The notes under the pieces were generated by a model. That model searched no databases. It saw only the letters and a program-made list of their open reading frames with translations, and was not told the origin of the DNA. Made by a program: the position numbers and the translations under genes. A stretch of 64,000 nucleotides of DNA from an uncultured Spirochaetota bacterium (GTDB lineage: Bacteria > Spirochaetota > Spirochaetia > SZUA-6 > Fen-1364). The stretch covers positions 640,001-704,000 of the forward strand of contig CAWGAA010000002.1 in NCBI GenBank assembly GCA_963820525.1, read 5' to 3'. Below are positions 48,737-58,096 of the stretch, piece by piece. Within the stretch, counting starts at the first letter, position 1. Each line of letters opens with the position of its first letter.

Positions 48737-49735
48737 TCACTGGGACTGCACGAGGGTGACGACGCAGGTGTTGACGATATCGTCGACGGAGGCGCCGCGG
48801 GAGAGGTCGCTCACCGGCTTGGCGAAGCCCTGGAGGAACGGGCCGTAGGCCTCGGCGCCCGCCAGTCTCTGGACGAGCTTGTAGCTGATGTTGCCGGACT
48901 GCAGGTCGGGGAAGACGAGGGTGTTCGCCTTTCCGCCGACGGGAGACCCCGGGGCCTTCTTCGCCGCGACGGAGGCGATGAGAGCGGCGTCGGCCTGCAT
49001 CTCTCCGTCGACGATCAGCTTCGGGTCCTTCTCCCGCGCAATCTTCACGGCGCCCGCCACCTTATCCACCAGGGGATGAGAGGCGCTCCCCTTCGTTGAA
49101 AAGGACAGCATGGCCACGATCGGGTCCGTCTTGAGGAAGGTTCGGCAGGATTCCGCGGCCGACAGGGCGATCTCGGCGAGCTGCTCCGAGGTGGGGTCCG
49201 GCACGGTGGCGCAGTCGGAAAAAATCATGTGTCCATCCACCCCCCATGATGTGCCTTTCAAGTACATCACGAAGCACGACGAGGCGGTCTTGATCCCCGG
49301 CCGCGTGCGGATGATCGTGAGCGCAGCGCGCAGGACCTTTGCCGTCTCGCTGTCGGCCCCGGAAACCATGGCATCGGATCTGCCCTTCAGGAGCATCATT
49401 GCCCCCCAGTGCTGGGTGTCGGCCATGAAAACCTTCTCCGCTTCCTCCAGGGAGATTCCCTTGTATTTTCGAAGCTCGAAATAAGCTTTGATGTACTCGC
49501 TCTTCAAGGGGGAGGCGCCCGGCTCTTCGATCTCCAGGCCGTCGAGCTTCACTCCCTGCTTCTTCGCCTCTCCCTGGATTCTCTGGATCGACCCGAGGAG
49601 AGTCACGGAGCGCGCGAAGCCTTCATCCTTGAGGATTCTGCCCGCCTTCATTGTCCTTGGCTCGTAGCCTTCCGGAAGAACGAGCTTCCGGGGATTCGAT
49701 CGTGCCTTTTTTTTCATCTCTTCGATGAAGTTCAT
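48737..49735 (-). CDS. pta: Phosphate acetyltransferase (short form)
   Basis: LVLPEG, FSDCA, MLSFSTKGS, DGEMQADAA, FPDLQSGNISYK, DLSRG. Confidence 0.96.
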   Translation of the reverse strand: MNFIEEMKKKARSNPRKLVLPEGYEPRTMKAGRILKDEGFARSVTLLGSIQRIQGEAKKQGVKLDGLEIEEPGASPLKSEYIKAYFELRKYKGISLEEAEKVFMADTQHWGAMMLLKGRSDAMVSGADSETAKVLRAALTIIRTRPGIKTASSCFVMYLKGTSWGVDGHMIFSDCATVPDPTSEQLAEIALSAAESCRTFLKTDPIVAMLSFSTKGSASHPLVDKVAGAVKIAREKDPKLIVDGEMQADAALIASVAAKKAPGSPVGGKANTLVFPDLQSGNISYKLVQRLAGAEAYGPFLQGFAKPVSDLSRGASVDDIVNTCVVTLVQSQ

Positions 49736-49931
49736 CCCTTCAGTCCTTTCCGTGGAGCGCGGTTTCTGTGGTTTTCATGGTAGAGTATATCCCCTTTCCT
49801 GCGGCGCTGCAAAGCAATGGAGCTCCAGAGCCCCTCCCGGCGAGCCGTTCCCGCTCTCGTTGGTGCCTGAGGGGCGCCCGATCGGTGCGGCGAGCCTTGC
49901 CGCCGACGGCCAATACGGATAGGATGCCGTC

Positions 49932-50654
49932 ATGATCGTCGGCGTCTACGGACTGGGCAGGTTCGGAACGTTCTGGTCCAGCCTGCTCTCCCGATCGTGC
50001 GAGGTGAAGGCGGCCTCCAGGGACCCCGGCCGCGCGACCCCGGGCGGCGTGGAGCGCGTGAGCGAAGAGGAGCTCTTCAGCCTGCCCGTTGTGTTCCTCT
50101 GCGTCGCCATATCCGCGATGGAGGAAGTGCTCTCGCGCGCCGCGAAAATGACGGCTGCGGGCACGCTCGTCATGGACACGTGCTCGGTCAAGGTATACCC
50201 CGTGCAGCTCATGAAAAGCATCCTGCCGCGGGAGGTATCGATCCTGGGCACCCATCCGATGTTCGGCCCGGATTCGGCCCGGCAGGGGGTGGACGGCCTG
50301 CCCATGATCCTCTGCCCCGTGCGCATCGACGAGCCGGCGCTGCGTCTCTGGGAAAGCTTCTTCTCCTCTCTGGGGCTTTCCGTATCCGTGATGGCCGCCG
50401 CGGACCACGACAGGGAGGCCGCCTTCACTCAAGGGATCGCCCACTATATCGGCCGCGTCCTCAAGGACCTGGGGGTTCGTGAATCGGCCATTGCCACAAT
50501 GGGATATCGAAAGCTTCTCGATATCGTCGAGCAGACCTGCAACGACCCCTGGCAGCTGTTTCTCGACCTGCAGCGCTTCAACCCGTACACCCGTGAGATG
50601 CGCCTCAAGCTGAAGAAATCCCTCGATACGATCATGGACGCGATAGAGTCGTGA
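49932..50654 (+). CDS. tyrA: Prephenate/arogenate dehydrogenase
   Basis: GLGRFG, DTCSVK, GTHPMFGP, HDREAA.TQ. Confidence 0.9.
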   Translation: MIVGVYGLGRFGTFWSSLLSRSCEVKAASRDPGRATPGGVERVSEEELFSLPVVFLCVAISAMEEVLSRAAKMTAAGTLVMDTCSVKVYPVQLMKSILPREVSILGTHPMFGPDSARQGVDGLPMILCPVRIDEPALRLWESFFSSLGLSVSVMAAADHDREAAFTQGIAHYIGRVLKDLGVRESAIATMGYRKLLDIVEQTCNDPWQLFLDLQRFNPYTREMRLKLKKSLDTIMDAIES

Positions 50655-50665
50655 TGCCGCCGCGC

Positions 50666-50694
50666 TTGACAGGCCGGCGGGCTCCAGATACGAT
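50666..50694 (+). promoter_or_regulatory. Sigma70-type promoter of bactofilin-TPR-mtaB
   Basis: TTGACA-17 nt-TACGAT. Confidence 0.6.
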
Positions 50695-50718
50695 GAGCCG
50701 GACCTACGGGAGAGGGTT

Positions 50719-51204
50719 GTGGCCGAAGTACGAATCAAGGACATCGACGAGCACGAGATAGATACCATCCTCGCGGAAGACATCGACTTCGAGGGGCAGC
50801 TCACGTTCAAAAAGCCCCTCATGATCAAGGGGAAGTTCAAGGGCGAGATTTCCTCCTCCAGCTCCCTCTATATCGGAGAGAAGGCCTACGTCGAGGCGAA
50901 GATCGAATCGGGGCTCGTCTCCTCCAAGGGCAAGATCAAGGGCGACGTCGTCGGCCACTCGCGCGTCGAGCTTTTCTCGACGGCGCGTCTCGAGGGGGAC
51001 GTCACGACTCCCGATATCGTGATGGAAAGCGGCTGCACCTTCAACGGATACTGCAACATGGGCGGAACTTCTCCACGGAAAGAGGCGCCTTCCCCCGCAG
51101 GCGGTCACCAGCCTGAGCGAGGCGCGGCCCAGCAGCCGGTTCCGCCAAGGACTCAGCCGCCGCAAGGAGGTGGCGCGGCGCCCCAGGGAGGGGCCCGCGC
51201 ATGA
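50719..51204 (+). CDS. Bactofilin (polymer-forming cytoskeletal protein)
   Basis: Beta-helix repeats TIL..DIDFEG, IKGKFKGEI, GKIKGDV, LEGDV, GCTFNGYC; P/Q/G-rich tail. Confidence 0.9.
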   Translation: MAEVRIKDIDEHEIDTILAEDIDFEGQLTFKKPLMIKGKFKGEISSSSSLYIGEKAYVEAKIESGLVSSKGKIKGDVVGHSRVELFSTARLEGDVTTPDIVMESGCTFNGYCNMGGTSPRKEAPSPAGGHQPERGAAQQPVPPRTQPPQGGGAAPQGGARA

Positions 51205-51833
51205 GACTGAGACCGGCGGTCGTCCTCATCCTCGCTCTCCTGCCGCTGTCGGCATTTGCCCAGGACAAGCCCGACGCGCTGGAGCTGTATCGAACGGGCC
51301 GGTACACGGAAGCGGTCACCGTCTGCCAGCAGGAGCTTCAGGAAACCCCGAAGAACGTCGACTCGCACGTCGTCCTCGCCTGGTGCTACCTGAAGCTGAA
51401 GAGATACCAGGAAGCCCTCGACGTGGGGCAGAAGGCTCTCGAGATCGCCCCCAATGATCCCCGCCTCATCCAGGTGCTGGGAGAAGCGGACGTCTTCCTC
51501 GGCAAGATCGACGAGGGCCTCAAGAACCTCGAGGAATACGTCGCCCTCAGGCCAGCGGGAGACAGGATCTCGCGCGTGTACTGGCTCATGGGGGAGTGCT
51601 ACATAAGCCTCAGGGAATATCAGAACGCCGACATCGCCATCTCCACCGCTCTGTACTTCGATCCCAACAACTCTGCAAGCGCCGCGTGGTGGGCGCGCCT
51701 GGGATACGCGCGGGAAATGGCAGGCGACCTCAAACGCTCAGAGGAAGCCTACGCGCGGGCCCTCACCATAGATTCCAACCTGGCGGACGCTCTTCGGGGC
51801 AAGGAAAGGGTGGACAAGAAGCTCGGGCTCTGA
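51201..51833 (+). CDS. Exported tetratricopeptide-repeat protein
   Basis: Signal peptide ending AFA-Q; TPR-like repeats (A...LG..Y, A.....AL.I.P). Confidence 0.85.
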   Translation: MRLRPAVVLILALLPLSAFAQDKPDALELYRTGRYTEAVTVCQQELQETPKNVDSHVVLAWCYLKLKRYQEALDVGQKALEIAPNDPRLIQVLGEADVFLGKIDEGLKNLEEYVALRPAGDRISRVYWLMGECYISLREYQNADIAISTALYFDPNNSASAAWWARLGYAREMAGDLKRSEEAYARALTIDSNLADALRGKERVDKKLGL

Positions 51834-53194
51834 TGCGGGTCGGATTCCACACCTTCGGGTGCAAGCTCAACCAGTACGAGACGGAAGCTTTGGCCGAACC
51901 GTTCCAGGAACGCGGCTTCACGGTTGTTCCCGCTTCCTCGGAAGCGGAGCTGTACCTCATCAATACATGCACCGTTACGACGAGGGCGGATCACAAGGCG
52001 CGCGCACTGATCCGCGGCCTCTCGCGCCGCCGGCCCGGCGCGCTGATTGTCGTCACCGGCTGCGGGGCCGAGCTGGAGGCCGACGAGCTCGCGGCCCTCG
52101 GGGCGAACGTCCTGGTGGTCGCTCAAAACAGGAAGGCTCTGCTCCTCGAGCTGCCCCGCTTGTTGGCGGAGGCCCGGGCCGGCGGCGCCGGGGCGGGAGG
52201 GGCCGGCTCCGTGCAGGCGCTCCTCGCCGGCAGCTTGAGCCGTGCGGCGCGTACGCCGGATCCTTTCGCCTTTCAGGCGCGACGCCTCAGCTTCCATACC
52301 CGGGCTTTCCTGAAGATCCAGGACGGCTGCGATTCACGCTGCTCGTACTGCAGGGTGCCGCTGGCAAGAGGCGCTTCACAGGCCCTCGATGCCGATCTGG
52401 TGATCGCCCGCGCGCGAGAGCTTGAAGCGCTGGGCCATCGCGAAATCGTCATCACGGGAGTGAACATCAGCTCCTACCTCTGCCGCGACGTCGACCTGTC
52501 ACGACTGGTAAAGAATCTGCTTTCCCAAACGGCACGGGTCCGTCTGCGGCTTTCTTCCCTCGAGCCGGAGCGAATAGGGGATGGGCTCTTGGAAGCCGCG
52601 GTGCATCCACGGGTCTGCTCGCATTTCCACATCGCCGTCCAATCCGGCTCCGACACGGTCCTCGCCCGGATGCGCCGACGATACACGAGCATGCGCGTGA
52701 TGGATGCCGTTTCCCGGCTCCGCGAGGTGAAAGCCGATCCGTTCATCGCGGCCGACATTCTTGTCGGATTTCCCGGTGAAACGGGGGAGGATTTTGCCGG
52801 GACACGGGCGCTGGTGCGACAAGCCGGGTTCTCCGCGCTTCACGTTTTTCCGTTTTCTCCCCGGCCGGGAACTCCCGCGGCAGATTTTGCGGGTCAGGTC
52901 CCCGAGCGGATACGCGCGCAAAGGGCCGCCGAGCTGGGCGCGCTCTCCCGTGTTCTGGATGGAGAGTACGCCGCCCGTTGGATCGGGCGGGACGTCGAAG
53001 TTCTTCTACAAAAGAGGCGGCGGCTTGATTCCGGTGGACATACGGGAGTAACCTCCAATTACCTGAAAGTCAGGGTGGAAGGGCTTCCTCCCGGCCTCCA
53101 TGGGGGCAGGATTGCCCGGGCGCGGATCATCTCCGCCGCCGACACGGGCTCGAAAGTACCAGGGAAAGCGGTTTTCCTCGCTTTTCAGGACTGA
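51833..53194 (+). CDS. mtaB: tRNA t6A37 methylthiotransferase (radical SAM)
   Basis: TFGCKLNQYE, INTCTVT, TGC, KIQDGCDSRCSYC, VGFPGET, HVFPFSPRPGT. Confidence 0.92.
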   Translation: MRVGFHTFGCKLNQYETEALAEPFQERGFTVVPASSEAELYLINTCTVTTRADHKARALIRGLSRRRPGALIVVTGCGAELEADELAALGANVLVVAQNRKALLLELPRLLAEARAGGAGAGGAGSVQALLAGSLSRAARTPDPFAFQARRLSFHTRAFLKIQDGCDSRCSYCRVPLARGASQALDADLVIARARELEALGHREIVITGVNISSYLCRDVDLSRLVKNLLSQTARVRLRLSSLEPERIGDGLLEAAVHPRVCSHFHIAVQSGSDTVLARMRRRYTSMRVMDAVSRLREVKADPFIAADILVGFPGETGEDFAGTRALVRQAGFSALHVFPFSPRPGTPAADFAGQVPERIRAQRAAELGALSRVLDGEYAARWIGRDVEVLLQKRRRLDSGGHTGVTSNYLKVRVEGLPPGLHGGRIARARIISAADTGSKVPGKAVFLAFQD

Positions 53195-53280
53195 GTTTTT
53201 TGTTTTTCTCGGTGTCACGAGCTATACTTTTGGGCGTTGCATTGGTGTGCATGCGCTTTGAAGGGTAGTGGAGGAATCGT

Positions 53281-54099
53281 ATGGGGAAACTGAAGACTTT
53301 CGCGCTGCCTCTCCTGGCGGTTCTCCTGCTCGCCGGGTGTTCGGGATTCTTCGAGTTCAACATGTTCAAAGGCATGGACACGGTTACTCCGCCGAGCGCC
53401 GCGGACTACAAGGGAGACCAGGGGCTGGACAAGCTCATCGAAGACCTCACCTCTCCAGCCGTCGTGGAAGCCCTGAAAAACGATCCCGAAACCACCGCGG
53501 AGATCGAGAAGATGTTGATGGACGACTATCTGAAGGACGGCGTTTCGGGAGAAGAGGACCAGAAGGCCGCGCTCGCGTATGCCGAGCTCAATCTCGCCAC
53601 CACGTCGGGCGAAGAACTTGTGAACAACATCGTTGACACCCTGGCTGACGGCATTCCCACCTCGGGGACGGTCACCGACTTCCTCAAGAAGATCATTCCC
53701 CCCGATGTCCAGGGAAACCCCACCGCTTTCGCTGCGATGCTCAAGGGACTCGTCGATGCGAACAACGCCTATGTGATGTTCGGCGAGAGCATCGTGGACG
53801 TGAACGGCAATGGCCAGATCGACAAGGGCGAAGGGGTGCCTCCCGGAACGAATATGGGGGACGTCGCGCAGAAGGCCATCGTCGCGTACGTCGTGTCCGC
53901 TGCGGTCGAGCTGATCTGTTCCACCTACGCGCTGTCGGAAGATGCCGCCATCGCGCAGCTGTATTATCTTCTCTACGATCCGACGAATCCTGCTCTGGTG
54001 ATCGAGGATCCTCCAGCTTCGGATCCGTACGTGACGCAGCCCCCGTATTTGTTGAACATTTTCGCCGCGGCGGGCCTGCCGTTCACGTCACAGTTTTGA
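53281..54099 (+). CDS. Acidic lipoprotein of unknown function
   Basis: Lipobox LLLAGC; Ca-binding-like DVNGNGQID loop. Confidence 0.75.
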   Translation: MGKLKTFALPLLAVLLLAGCSGFFEFNMFKGMDTVTPPSAADYKGDQGLDKLIEDLTSPAVVEALKNDPETTAEIEKMLMDDYLKDGVSGEEDQKAALAYAELNLATTSGEELVNNIVDTLADGIPTSGTVTDFLKKIIPPDVQGNPTAFAAMLKGLVDANNAYVMFGESIVDVNGNGQIDKGEGVPPGTNMGDVAQKAIVAYVVSAAVELICSTYALSEDAAIAQLYYLLYDPTNPALVIEDPPASDPYVTQPPYLLNIFAAAGLPFTSQF

Positions 54100-54118
54100 G
54101 CTGGGGAGGGACATCGAC

Positions 54119-55282
54119 ATGAAGAAGACGGTACTTGTTCTGCTTGCAGCTCTCAGCTTCACTGCTCTTGCCTTTGCCGTCGACGAGCCTCCCTTCATGC
54201 CGATGGCGCCCGAGATCATGGGAGAGGGCGGAGCTTTGACCGCCTCCGCGCACGGGTTCGCCTCCTTCTTTACAAACCCCGCGGGCTTCTCCCGATCTCC
54301 CGGGGATTTCACCTTCACGGCGACGACGTGGATGTATGCGCGGCCCGACAAAGTTTATGATCTCATTACCTGCCCGGGAGGAGCCTCCGGCTCTTCGAAT
54401 CTGCTCAGCTTCATCAACGGAGAGGTCACCAAGGGAGGATTCGGCCTCGGCGGCTTGACCGGGATCGGGTGGGCCGGGAATGGGATCGGGCTCGGGGCTT
54501 TCTTTCTCGTCGACTCCTACCTCTATGGCCCCACGCTTCTCGGCATATCGGGGGACCTCACGGGAACCGTGGCCTTGATCGGCGGGTATTCGCTTCCCAT
54601 CCAGCTCGGCGGCCTGAAGCTGAACATCGGAGGCGACATCAGGCCCATGATCAGGATTCATACCCTGGTTGACAGCAGTGTTGCCATCAATACGATCTAT
54701 TCGCTCGCCAACCAGGGCGACATCATGTTCGCTCTCAATTCGGCGGACGCGCTGCATGGGGCGGGGATAGCCCTGGACCTTGGGGCGATCGCCGAGCTCG
54801 GCTGGTTCTCCTTCGGCCTTTCCATCCGTGACGTGGGGGGGACCCTTTTCAACTACAACGAATCGTCCTTTGGAACGGTGATCAATTCGCTCTCTTCGAG
54901 CTTCAGTCTCCCTTCCAACGGCGCCTCGCCATCGGCCACGTACACCATTCCCATGGACGTGAGCGCGGGCGTGGCTTTCCACCCCGATTTCGGCATCAAA
55001 TGGCTTGTCGATCCGACCATCCACCTCGATTGTCAGGATATCGTCGGGGTCATTGTGGATGAGAGGTCTCCATGGACTCTCCTGCACATCGGAGCTGAAG
55101 CGCGGCTGTTCACGGTTTTCCAGGTGCAGGTAGGCCTCAACCAGGGATACCTGACTGCGGGCGGTGGAGTCCACCTCCTGTTCCTCGACGCCTACTTCGC
55201 GCTCTTTACCCGGGAGCTGGGGAAGCACCTGGGAGACAGGCCCAGCTCAGGGGCGAGCTTCGAGTTCGCCGTTCGGTTCTGA
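54119..55282 (+). CDS. Outer-membrane beta-barrel (TraF/PorV/FadL-like)
   Basis: Signal peptide; MGEGGA...FFTNPAG N-terminal motif; alternating beta-strands; GLNQGY; terminal Phe (FAVRF). Confidence 0.72.
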   Translation: MKKTVLVLLAALSFTALAFAVDEPPFMPMAPEIMGEGGALTASAHGFASFFTNPAGFSRSPGDFTFTATTWMYARPDKVYDLITCPGGASGSSNLLSFINGEVTKGGFGLGGLTGIGWAGNGIGLGAFFLVDSYLYGPTLLGISGDLTGTVALIGGYSLPIQLGGLKLNIGGDIRPMIRIHTLVDSSVAINTIYSLANQGDIMFALNSADALHGAGIALDLGAIAELGWFSFGLSIRDVGGTLFNYNESSFGTVINSLSSSFSLPSNGASPSATYTIPMDVSAGVAFHPDFGIKWLVDPTIHLDCQDIVGVIVDERSPWTLLHIGAEARLFTVFQVQVGLNQGYLTAGGGVHLLFLDAYFALFTRELGKHLGDRPSSGASFEFAVRF

Positions 55283-55364
55283 AAGAGCACGCTGGATCTC
55301 GTTCACGCTTCGAAACTCATTGCACATCAGCGGGCCGCGCGCGGAGTCGGGCCGCCGGCCGAGA

Positions 55365-55394
55365 TTGACAAAGGGACGCTCCAGCGGCTACAGT
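55365..55394 (+). promoter_or_regulatory. tRNA-Lys promoter
   Basis: TTGACA-18 nt-TACAGT followed by a GC-rich discriminator. Confidence 0.55.
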
Positions 55395-55407
55395 AGCCGC
55401 GCTCGGA

Positions 55408-55480
55408 GGGCCGCTAGCTCAGGTGGCAGAGCAACAGCCTTTTAAGCTGTGGGTCGCCGGTTCGAGTCCGGCGCGGCTCA
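55408..55480 (+). tRNA. tRNA-Lys(TTT)
   Basis: Acceptor GGGCCGC/GCGGCTC, D arm GCTC/GAGC, anticodon stem ACAGC-CTTTTAA-GCTGT, T loop GGTTCGAGTCC; CCA not encoded. Confidence 0.97.
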
Positions 55481-55603
55481 AGATAAATAGAAAAAGTTGG
55501 ACAATCCTCCTTCCGTGGACCGGCCTCGAGGAATTCTCCCCTCGACAAACATCCCGTACACGCTTATCCTTCACTCTTGAAGAAAGTCTTCCGGGGAGGC
55601 CTC

Positions 55604-57982
55604 ATGAAAAAACATTCGAGATTCCTGTCGCGCATTTTTCTCCGCAGGGCATGGCCGCAGACGACCGGCGAGATCAAGGGGCTCCCGCTTCTGGGAAAGG
55701 TCGAGGTCATGCGGGACCGGTGGGGGATCCCCCACATCTATGCCGAGAGCATGCACGATCTTCTGCTCGCGCAGGGTTTCGTGCACGCGCAGGACCGGCT
55801 GTGGCAGATGGAATCCCTGCGGCGGCTATCAGAGGGCCGGCTGTCCGAGATCGCCGGCGAGCAGGCGGTCCTTCTCGACTACTTCTCGCGAATGATCGGC
55901 ATGTCTTCCATGAAGCGACAGATGTTCCAGGCCGCGACGGAGGAGGAGCACGGGCTGCTCCAGGCCTATGCCGAAGGGGTGAACGCATACCTGGCAGGCA
56001 GGGGAAAGGACCTTCCCCTGGAGTTCGGCTCCATGGGTATCGTGCCCGAACCGTGGTCCCCCATTGACGACCTGAGCCCCGTGCCCTACCTCGCGTGGTT
56101 CCTGCTGTCCTGCGCCTATTCGGAGAGGCTCCTTGCCCTTGCGCGGGGGAGCTCGCTCAGCCTTAGGGAATGGAACGACATGTTCCCGTGCCACCCCGGC
56201 GCCACGCTTCCGGCTGATTCCTACTTCGATACCCTCGCGCACCTGAGGATGGGCGCGCTGCATCCCGCCACGACCGCTATGCATCTGGGGCTCACCGGCA
56301 AGTACACGGCCTCCTCCCGGATGCAAGCGCTCCTCGCAAGCGCGGGCCCCGGCGCGGGGAGCAACAACTGGACCGTCGCAAAGGGAAGCGACGGCCTACC
56401 GCTGCTAGCCAACGATCCCCACCTCGGGGTTTCCCTGCCCGCGGTCTGGTACTTCTGCCACCTCTGCGTCCCCGGGGTGATAAACGTTGCCGGAACCTCC
56501 CTTGCGGGCGTTCCCGGCATCGTTATCGGAAGGAACGAGCATGTGGCCTGGGGCCTGACGAACGTCATGCTGGACGCGGTGGACATCCTCGTGCTCAGGG
56601 TCGATCCGAAAAGCCCCACGCGATACAGGCGGGCCGGCCGGGAGCAGGAGATGCGCAGGGAAGAGGTTGTCATCGGGCTGCCGAAAGGGAAGTCGGTGAC
56701 CCTGCCGCTCTACCGCACGGATCTCGGTCCCGTGATCACCTCCGTCACGGAAGGTGTGGAAGCCGTCGCCGCCCTCAAGTGGGTCGGAACGCTCCCTGAG
56801 GGGATGCTCAAAGACCGTTCCTTTGGCGGGATCTATGGGATGATGAAAGCCCGGAGCGCGGCGGAGGTTCTCGATGCCGGAAAGACATGGCTGTATGTAA
56901 GCCAGAATCTTGTCGCGGCGGATGACGGGGGACATATCGGCTGGCACACCACCGGGGCTGTGCCGGTGCGAAACGGATACACGGGCAGGCTGCCCGCCGA
57001 TGGAACCGCCGGGGATGACTGGACCGGGTTCCTTCCCTACGAATCGCTTCCGAGCCTGATGGATCCGCCGGAAGGCTGGATCGCGACGGCCAACTACCGG
57101 CCCCCCGGCCAGGAAAACGGCAGGCCCCTGAGCTACTCGTGGTGCCCCCCCTACAGGTACCAGCGCATCGTCAATGCACTGGCCAGGATGCGCTCACCGG
57201 GAATAGAAGATTTCCGCCGGCTGCAGATGGACGTTCATTCCCTGCAGGCGGAGAGGATCCTGCTGAAGCTCCTCGCGTACTCGTTCAGCGATCGCAGGGC
57301 GGTCGAGGCGGCGCGAATCCTCGCCGGGTGGGACCTCGAGGTCACCGCAGCGAGCCCGGGGGCAGCCGTATACGAGGTCTTTCTCATCCAGCTGGAGAGA
57401 GAGCTCCTCGAACGCGCGCTGGGCGATGACCTCGTGCTCTACTTCAACGCAAAAATGTACGGCATCGAGGATGAGATTCTGGAACGCCCGGATTCCCCGT
57501 TCTGGGGCGGCGGAAACCCGGCGGAGAGGCCGTCACCGGCACCGAGGATCGAGAAGGCCCTTGTGCGCACCATGGAGTTCTGCGCGGGCCGTATGGGCCC
57601 GGATCCGCGGAAGTGGAGCTGGGGCAGGCTTCATCGCCATGTATTCCGACACCCGGGCGCCACCAGCCCAATCACCGAGATGCTTCTCAATCCGCGGCCG
57701 TGTCCCGCATCCGGAGACGTGAACACGCTCAACGTCTCGTGGTCCGTGCCGGCCCTGGACTCCTATGACGTCACGACGGTCCCCTCGATGCGGATGATCA
57801 CCTCCCTGGGAGACCAGGACAGCCTGCGGATTGTGGGCCCCCTGGGGCAGTCCGGGCAGCCGGGACACGCTCACTATGAGGACCTGAACCCCCTCTGGCT
57901 CAAGGGCGAGCAGGTGGCGATCCCCCTGGCCCGGCCGGCGGTGGAGAAAATGGCGAGGGACACGCTGACGCTCCTTCCGTGA
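55604..57982 (+). CDS. Penicillin acylase family (S45) Ntn-hydrolase
   Basis: RDRWGIPHIYA, AQGFVHAQDRLWQM, nucleophile GSNNW, LANDPHL, GQSGQPGHAHY. Confidence 0.93.
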   Translation: MKKHSRFLSRIFLRRAWPQTTGEIKGLPLLGKVEVMRDRWGIPHIYAESMHDLLLAQGFVHAQDRLWQMESLRRLSEGRLSEIAGEQAVLLDYFSRMIGMSSMKRQMFQAATEEEHGLLQAYAEGVNAYLAGRGKDLPLEFGSMGIVPEPWSPIDDLSPVPYLAWFLLSCAYSERLLALARGSSLSLREWNDMFPCHPGATLPADSYFDTLAHLRMGALHPATTAMHLGLTGKYTASSRMQALLASAGPGAGSNNWTVAKGSDGLPLLANDPHLGVSLPAVWYFCHLCVPGVINVAGTSLAGVPGIVIGRNEHVAWGLTNVMLDAVDILVLRVDPKSPTRYRRAGREQEMRREEVVIGLPKGKSVTLPLYRTDLGPVITSVTEGVEAVAALKWVGTLPEGMLKDRSFGGIYGMMKARSAAEVLDAGKTWLYVSQNLVAADDGGHIGWHTTGAVPVRNGYTGRLPADGTAGDDWTGFLPYESLPSLMDPPEGWIATANYRPPGQENGRPLSYSWCPPYRYQRIVNALARMRSPGIEDFRRLQMDVHSLQAERILLKLLAYSFSDRRAVEAARILAGWDLEVTAASPGAAVYEVFLIQLERELLERALGDDLVLYFNAKMYGIEDEILERPDSPFWGGGNPAERPSPAPRIEKALVRTMEFCAGRMGPDPRKWSWGRLHRHVFRHPGATSPITEMLLNPRPCPASGDVNTLNVSWSVPALDSYDVTTVPSMRMITSLGDQDSLRIVGPLGQSGQPGHAHYEDLNPLWLKGEQVAIPLARPAVEKMARDTLTLLP

Positions 57983-58096
57983 CCGCGCGCGAGAGGCTTG
58001 CGGACGACGGAATTCAGCTTTGCGTGTGCGGTAGCGGTTCGCGCCAGTCAGAAACAGGAGGGACTTATTTGGAGACGGGTCTGCGCGAATGCCTGG

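Noticed and set aside
54119..55282. TraF-like barrel as evidence of a conjugative element
   Set aside because: No relaxase, VirB4, coupling protein or other tra genes are in the window.
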